Of a stretch of 64,000 nucleotides of DNA, positions 62,002 through 64,000 are shown one piece after another (the stretch's first letter is position 1; every line of letters begins with the position of its first letter). Origin of the DNA: an uncultured bacterium (GTDB lineage: Bacteria; Verrucomicrobiota; Verrucomicrobiia; Limisphaerales; UBA8199); assembly GCA_963749495.1 (NCBI GenBank), contig CAVVMW010000025.1, forward strand, positions 1 to 64,000. The letters run 5' to 3'. The notes under the pieces were generated by a model. The model did no database searches. It was given only the letters and a program-made list of their open reading frames with translations, and had not been told where the DNA came from. The position numbers were made by a program, and so were the translations under genes.

Positions 62002-63286
62002 GGTTCATCCGGGAAGTATGTAACTGAGTTATTTGGATAGGATTTGAGGATGAGTGAATGTAACATCTGGAAATGAGTCAAACGTTGCTGCGGAGAGCCT
62101 TTGGCGTGAGCGGGTATTACCAGCATGTACGCACCGATTTTCTCTGGGGCGGGGTGCAGTTTTACTTAGACCTCAAGGCCGAGGCGTTAGTCTGTCCGCA
62201 GTGTGGGTTGGCCGATGAGGTGATCCGGAAAGGTAGGCGGTGCCGTTGCCTTCACACCGTGCCGATCGGCCTAAAACCCGTTTACCTGCTCACGGAGGTG
62301 GCGCGTTGCCAGTGTCGGCGCTGCCAAGCCATCTTCGAGGTCCACCCCCCTTTGCCCGGGCGCAGGTGCGCTATGCCCGCAAGCTCGAAGAGCTCGTGGA
62401 GCAGTTGAGCCGGGTGATGACCTTGCGCGATGTGGCCGAGTTGACAGGGCTGTGTTGGGATGCGGTGAAGGAGATCGCCAAGCGGCGGCTACGGCGCGAC
62501 TATGGGCACATTGCCTTGAAGGGCGTGCGCTACCTGTCGATCGATGAGATTTACGTGGGCAAGCACCGAGGCTACTACACGCTGGTCCTGGATTTGGAAA
62601 GCGGGCGGATCCTCTGGGTCAGCCCGGGGCGCGGCAAGGCCGGTTTACAGGGCTTTTGGCGACGTTTGCGCCGGAGCCGGGGCCAGGTTCGGGCTGTGGC
62701 CATGGATATGAGTGGGGCGTATTGGGCGGCCGTGCTGGAGCAGTTGCCTGGCGTGGCGGTGGTCTTCGACAAGTTTCACGTGATTCAGTTGATGAACAAG
62801 CGGCTTGATGAACTACGCCGGGAACTGGTGCGCGAAGCGGAGGGGCCGTTGAAGCTGGTGATCAAAGGCACGCGATATCTGCTGCTGACGCGGGCGGACA
62901 ACTTGGAGGCGGATCAACTCCCGAAGCCGGAGCGGGCGCTCAAACTCAACGAACCGCTCTCGCAGGCGTGGTATCTGAAGGAGGAGTTGAGCTTGCTCTG
63001 GGAGCAGGAATCCTATGCGGCGATGAACCGCTTCTTGAATCAATGGTGCGAGCAGGCCAATCAGACCGGCGTCAGGCAGTTGCGGCAGATGGCCAAGACC
63101 CTACAGGTGCATCGGTCAGGCATCTTGAGCTGGTGGCGGCACCCGATCAACAACGGGCGCATGGAGGGTACGAATAACAAGATCAAGATACTCAATCGGC
63201 AGGCGTACGGCTATCGCGACGAGGATTTCTTCATTCTAAAGCTGCTTGGACTCCATGAATCCAGGTACACACTTACCGGATGAGCC
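62002..63286 (+). mobile_element. ISL3-family element
   Basis: TIRs GGTTCATCCGGGAAGTATGTA / TACACACTTACCGGATGAGCC; no 8-bp TSD visible. Confidence 0.9.
62073..63283 (+). CDS. ISL3 transposase split by a -1 frameshift at CCCCCCTTTG (~62346)
   Basis: CPQC/CRRC zinc finger in frame 0; SIDE, AMDM, FDKFH, EGTNNKIK, AYGYRD in the -1 frame. Confidence 0.88.
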
Positions 63287-63324
63287 TGAAAACGGCCAAA
63301 ATCGGCTTAGCGCCGGTGCAAAAA

Positions 63325-64000
63325 TTAATTCCGATTTAATCTCGGGAAGAGCGTGTAATTCCATTCGGGCAAAACGTTGTGTTGGAGTAGATCCAGGCTG
63401 CCCATTTCCTTATCGGAGACTTTGATTTTGGTGGCGTAGCGTGTCCCGCTCAAGGCGCATTTGACCTGCAACCCGGTTCGGGTTCGCGTTCCGGCAATCA
63501 GGCGCACAATGGTGGCATAATCCGTGAACGGCTGGCCCGCGCAGTGCTTGCTTATTTCGCTGAAGACCCGGTGCTCGATCGGGTTCCACTTGGAGGCGCC
63601 GGTGGGATAATGAGAGACGGTCACCGTCAGCGCGTAAGGATCAACCAACTTTTCTTGCAGGGCGTATTTCCAGAGCCGACAGCGCGCGCCGTTGCTGCCA
63701 CCGCTGTCGGCCAGGACGAGCAACTCCGCTGCCTGGGGATAACGTCGCCGCCCCTCGCCACGCCACCAGTCCACGAGGGCATCCACCGCGAACTCCGGTG
63801 TGTCGTGGGAAGTGCCCACCAAAACTGAGCCCCGATTGGCCTGCACATCATAGAGGCCGCGGGGAATGGCGACGCCGCTGGCCAGCGAAGGAAAATCGTG
63901 GTCGTTGACCAGCAGCGGCTCCCGACTCCATATCCGGCCAGGATTTTTGAACCGACCGACCTGCTCCTTCTTCTTGGTGTCCACGCTGACGATGGGCAGC
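63325..64000 (-). CDS. ISAzo13-family transposase (partial; runs off the window)
   Basis: VSVDTKKKE, VNDHDF, ADSGGSNG, HYPTGASKWNPIEHRVFS, PEWNY. Confidence 0.92.
   Translation of the reverse strand, partial: LPIVSVDTKKKEQVGRFKNPGRIWSREPLLVNDHDFPSLASGVAIPRGLYDVQANRGSVLVGTSHDTPEFAVDALVDWWRGEGRRRYPQAAELLVLADSGGSNGARCRLWKYALQEKLVDPYALTVTVSHYPTGASKWNPIEHRVFSEISKHCAGQPFTDYATIVRLIAGTRTRTGLQVKCALSGTRYATKIKVSDKEMGSLDLLQHNVLPEWNYTLFPRLNRN

Overview
GC-rich bacterial DNA, most likely from a Verrucomicrobiota (Pedosphaerales/Limisphaerales-like) or related PVC genome. This is inferred from the prepilin/H-X9-DG proteins, the REP-like doublets and the hopanoid genes. Two housekeeping/metabolic blocks are present: 12.4-27.5 kb (ACT-paaK-thioesterase, HlyD adaptor, TPR protein, tRNA-Val, tricorn protease) and 28.4-36.7 kb (yicC-gmk-coaC-two-component system-hpnD-hpnK-EamA). 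They sit between heavily rearranged accessory zones. Zone 0-12.4 kb has nested IS elements, a repeat-flanked nuclease cassette and a truncated BREX pglZ. Zone 36.8-53.9 kb has TA modules, a HARE-HTH/GIY-YIG plus CBS/HEPN gene pair, IS4-like, ISL3 and IS21 elements, and tRNA-derived att remnants. Zone 54-64 kb has carbohydrate genes plus IS701, ISL3 and ISAzo13. Best candidates for undescribed biology: (1) an intact two-gene HARE-HTH-GIY-YIG + CBS-HEPN module (putative nucleotide-sensing defence system); (2) a family of '...TGACCCC'-ended termini, linked to RAYT-like (HUH/Y1) transposase remnants, that repeatedly mark gene truncation points and form stutter arrays; (3) a PD-(D/E)xK nuclease gene bracketed by 49-bp direct repeats, followed by two membrane proteins, directly upstream of pglZ. 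About a dozen +/-1 frameshifts, mostly at short homopolymers, look like long-read assembly errors rather than real pseudogenes. All protein family calls come from motif recognition by eye; no database searches were run.
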